From an uncultured Verrucomicrobiota bacterium (GTDB taxonomy: Bacteria; Verrucomicrobiota; Verrucomicrobiia; Limisphaerales; SXQI01): 64,000 nucleotides of DNA. The stretch's first letter is position 1. Every line of letters begins with the position of its first letter. The stretch is taken from assembly GCA_964478815.1 (NCBI GenBank), contig CAYZKY010000001.1, forward strand, positions 35,043 through 99,042, given 5' to 3'. Position numbers and translations under genes: made by a program. Positions 62,498 to 64,000 of this stretch are shown here, in pieces. The notes beneath the pieces were generated by a model. It did no database searches. It saw only the letters and a list, made by a program, of their open reading frames with translations, and had not been told where the DNA came from.

Positions 62498-63133
62498 ATG
62501 CCCATTCGTGACATGCGTTTCGGTCGATTTCTCGCCGGCCTTGCCGGAGTCTTTGCCGTGATGGCGCTCCTGGCGGGCTGTGCCAGCACCACCGAGAACT
62601 CGGCTCCCATCGGGCCGGACAGCGCCATCCCCAAGATTTCCGATAGCGTCGTCCAAGGGGACACTCTCCAGCTCAGCTTTCCCGGAGCCACGAACCTGAA
62701 TGGCATGTTCCGCGTCGGGCCGGACGGTCTCGTGACGCTCCCGTATGTGGGCCAGGTGAATGTCGTGGGCAAGACGCCTGCCACCATCAAGACGGAACTC
62801 ACCGAGCTTTATAAAAATCAGGTCAACGATCCCGAGGTGCTCGTTTCCATCGCCGGCTCGGCCAACATCGTCTACGTCATCGGCGCCGTGCTTCGCCCCG
62901 GCCGCGTCCCCCTGGATCGCCCCATGACCGTCCTTGAGATCATCATGGAGGTCGGCGGCTACAATCCTCAAACCGCCAACCTCAAGAAGGTCACCGTCAT
63001 CCGGTACGAGGGAGATAAGAACGTTCTGTACACCTTGAACCTGGATCCTGTCCTCAGCGGCGGCCAGGTGCCTCCGTTCTACGTCAAGCCTCGCGACACC
63101 ATCCGGGTGCCGGAAAAAGTGCAGTGGTTCTAG
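62498..63133 (+). CDS. Polysaccharide export lipoprotein (Wza-like Poly_export + SLBB)
   Basis: Lipobox LLAGC. VVQGDTLQLSFPG...FRVGPDGLVTLPYVGQVNVVGKTPATIKTEL...VYVIGAVLRPGRVPL. An SD-like AAGGGGG lies before the ATG at 62498. Confidence 0.8.
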   Translation: MPIRDMRFGRFLAGLAGVFAVMALLAGCASTTENSAPIGPDSAIPKISDSVVQGDTLQLSFPGATNLNGMFRVGPDGLVTLPYVGQVNVVGKTPATIKTELTELYKNQVNDPEVLVSIAGSANIVYVIGAVLRPGRVPLDRPMTVLEIIMEVGGYNPQTANLKKVTVIRYEGDKNVLYTLNLDPVLSGGQVPPFYVKPRDTIRVPEKVQWF

Positions 63134-63256
63134 CCGGCGCGCCGGATTCTTTGCAGGGCTGTTCCGGCGAGGCTGTTGGCTAATCGTCCGTTGCTCAATT
63201 CGCACCGAATCGCCGGCGCCGTTCGGCCGCGACCACCCACTTTCGTTTCCGATCGC

Positions 63257-63685
63257 TCAGCGGCGGCGCGGCGGCGCGAAAGTCTCCCGGAAGCAGGATT
63301 CCAGGTGGCGCACTTCGCGCACGCCTTCGCCATCCAGAAGCACTTCCACCACATCGAACCGGTATTTCACATACGGGTCGTCCAGCTTGCGGCGATACTC
63401 GGCGGCCGCCCGGCTCAGCGCGCGCCGTTTCGCCGCGTTCACCGCGCGCGCCGGACGCACGAAGGCTTCCGAGGAACGCGTCTTAACCTCCACGAACACA
63501 AGGCAATCCGCTTCGCGAAACACCAGGTCGATCTCCCCGCGGCGTGTCGCAAAGTTGGAGGTCAGGAACCGCAGCCCCTTGCCTTGCAGAAAAGCCCGCG
63601 CCGCGCGCTCGCCGATGGCGCCGTGGGCGTGCGCTACGGGAGCCGGCGGCTTCCTCCAGAATAATATTTTCGACCAAACGCTCAT
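63257..63685 (-). CDS. yraN: YraN-family (UPF0102) endonuclease-like protein
   Basis: [48 protein letters not shown] is the YraN signature. It overlaps the rnhB stop by 4 nt. Confidence 0.8.
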   Translation of the reverse strand: MSVWSKILFWRKPPAPVAHAHGAIGERAARAFLQGKGLRFLTSNFATRRGEIDLVFREADCLVFVEVKTRSSEAFVRPARAVNAAKRRALSRAAAEYRRKLDDPYVKYRFDVVEVLLDGEGVREVRHLESCFRETFAPPRRR

Positions 63686-64000
63686 CCGCTCCCGAATAGG
63701 TCCAGTTCGGGCTGCCGCAACGGCGAGAATGAGCGGCGGTGCAGCGGGCAGGGGCCATGCCGGCGCAAGGCGGCGAGGTGCTCCGGCGTCGGGTAACCCT
63801 TATGCCGGGCGAACCCGTAGGCGGGGTAAATCTGATCGTACGCAATCATCAGCCGGTCGCGCGTGACTTTCGCCAGAACGCTCGCCGCGGCGATGGAATA
63901 ACTTTTGGCATCCCCCTCGATGATCGGGGTCTGAGGGCAGGGGTGCGGAAAAGAATCCCGCCCATCCACCAGCGTGTGGTCCGGCGCTTCGATCAGGCCG
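63682..64000 (-). CDS. rnhB: Ribonuclease HII, C-terminal part (5' end lies outside the window)
   Basis: ...[42 protein letters not shown]...[18 protein letters not shown]. The frame stays open to the window edge. Confidence 0.85.
   Translation of the reverse strand, partial: GLIEAPDHTLVDGRDSFPHPCPQTPIIEGDAKSYSIAAASVLAKVTRDRLMIAYDQIYPAYGFARHKGYPTPEHLAALRRHGPCPLHRRSFSPLRQPELDLFGSG

Noticed and set aside
63134-63152. CCGGCGCGCCGG palindrome followed by ATTCTTT, as a terminator after the wza-like gene.
   Set aside because: The palindrome leaves at most a 4-bp stem once a loop is allowed. That is too weak to call.
1-64000. Prophage, transposon, integron or genomic-island boundaries; tRNA or rRNA genes.
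   Set aside because: No integrase, transposase, recombinase or phage structural signatures were seen in any frame. No tRNA-like cloverleaf sequences were seen in the few long intergenic regions (12683-12942, 31915-32827, 40458-40868).

Overview
High-GC bacterial chromosomal segment. It is most likely from a Verrucomicrobiota/PVC-type organism. That inference rests on two proteins with VPDSG-CTERM-like sorting tails, a PVC-style membrane-bound-dehydrogenase/HEAT/cytochrome-c fusion protein, and many large secreted repeat proteins. No rRNA, tRNA, CRISPR array, transposase or integrase was recognised.

Bases 1-14518 are a tightly packed plus-strand flagellar cluster. Its order is flhA (3' part), flhF, a 78-aa membrane ORF, fliA, motA, motB, a 94-aa ORF, flgF, flgG, flgA, flgH, flgI, rod-binding flgJ-like, flgN-like, flgK, flgL, fliW, csrA, flagellin.

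A single 3455-aa reading frame (14562-24929) starts 43 nt after the flagellin stop. It strings together a pyruvyltransferase-like module, two SAM methyltransferase modules, five or six glycosyltransferase modules (GT-A, GT9-like, GT2, GT4) and three TPR blocks. I consider this candidate one-polypeptide flagellin-glycan assembly line the most unusual item in the window.

The rest is mostly housekeeping or envelope genes:
- M50 protease and a thioesterase.
- A minus-strand operon: small XRE-like ORF, tlyA, nadK, lacI-family regulator, and a 974-aa exported protein with a roughly 530-residue uninterrupted Ala/Glu/Lys/Arg helix.
- An esterase and large secreted repeat proteins.
- scpA, scpB, pheA, a Lhr-like helicase, terC, a LysR regulator, and CHRD, DUF418, CAP and TRIC-like proteins.
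- hpnH and hpnJ, interrupted by a HEPN/MNT pair.
- A wza-like gene, yraN, and rnhB (partial).

The second most unusual item is a roughly 0.9-kb low-GC non-coding island (31915-32827). It contains five tandem 11-bp TGAAACG units followed by a perfect 16-bp LacI-type palindrome. It also contains a helically phased array of seven (A)TACAC cores with a 22-bp super-period, and a promoter-like region bracketed by a 9-bp inverted repeat.

Three sigma-54-type -24/-12 matches sit at the heads of flagellar transcription units.

All calls come from reading the translations and sequence by eye. No database search was run.
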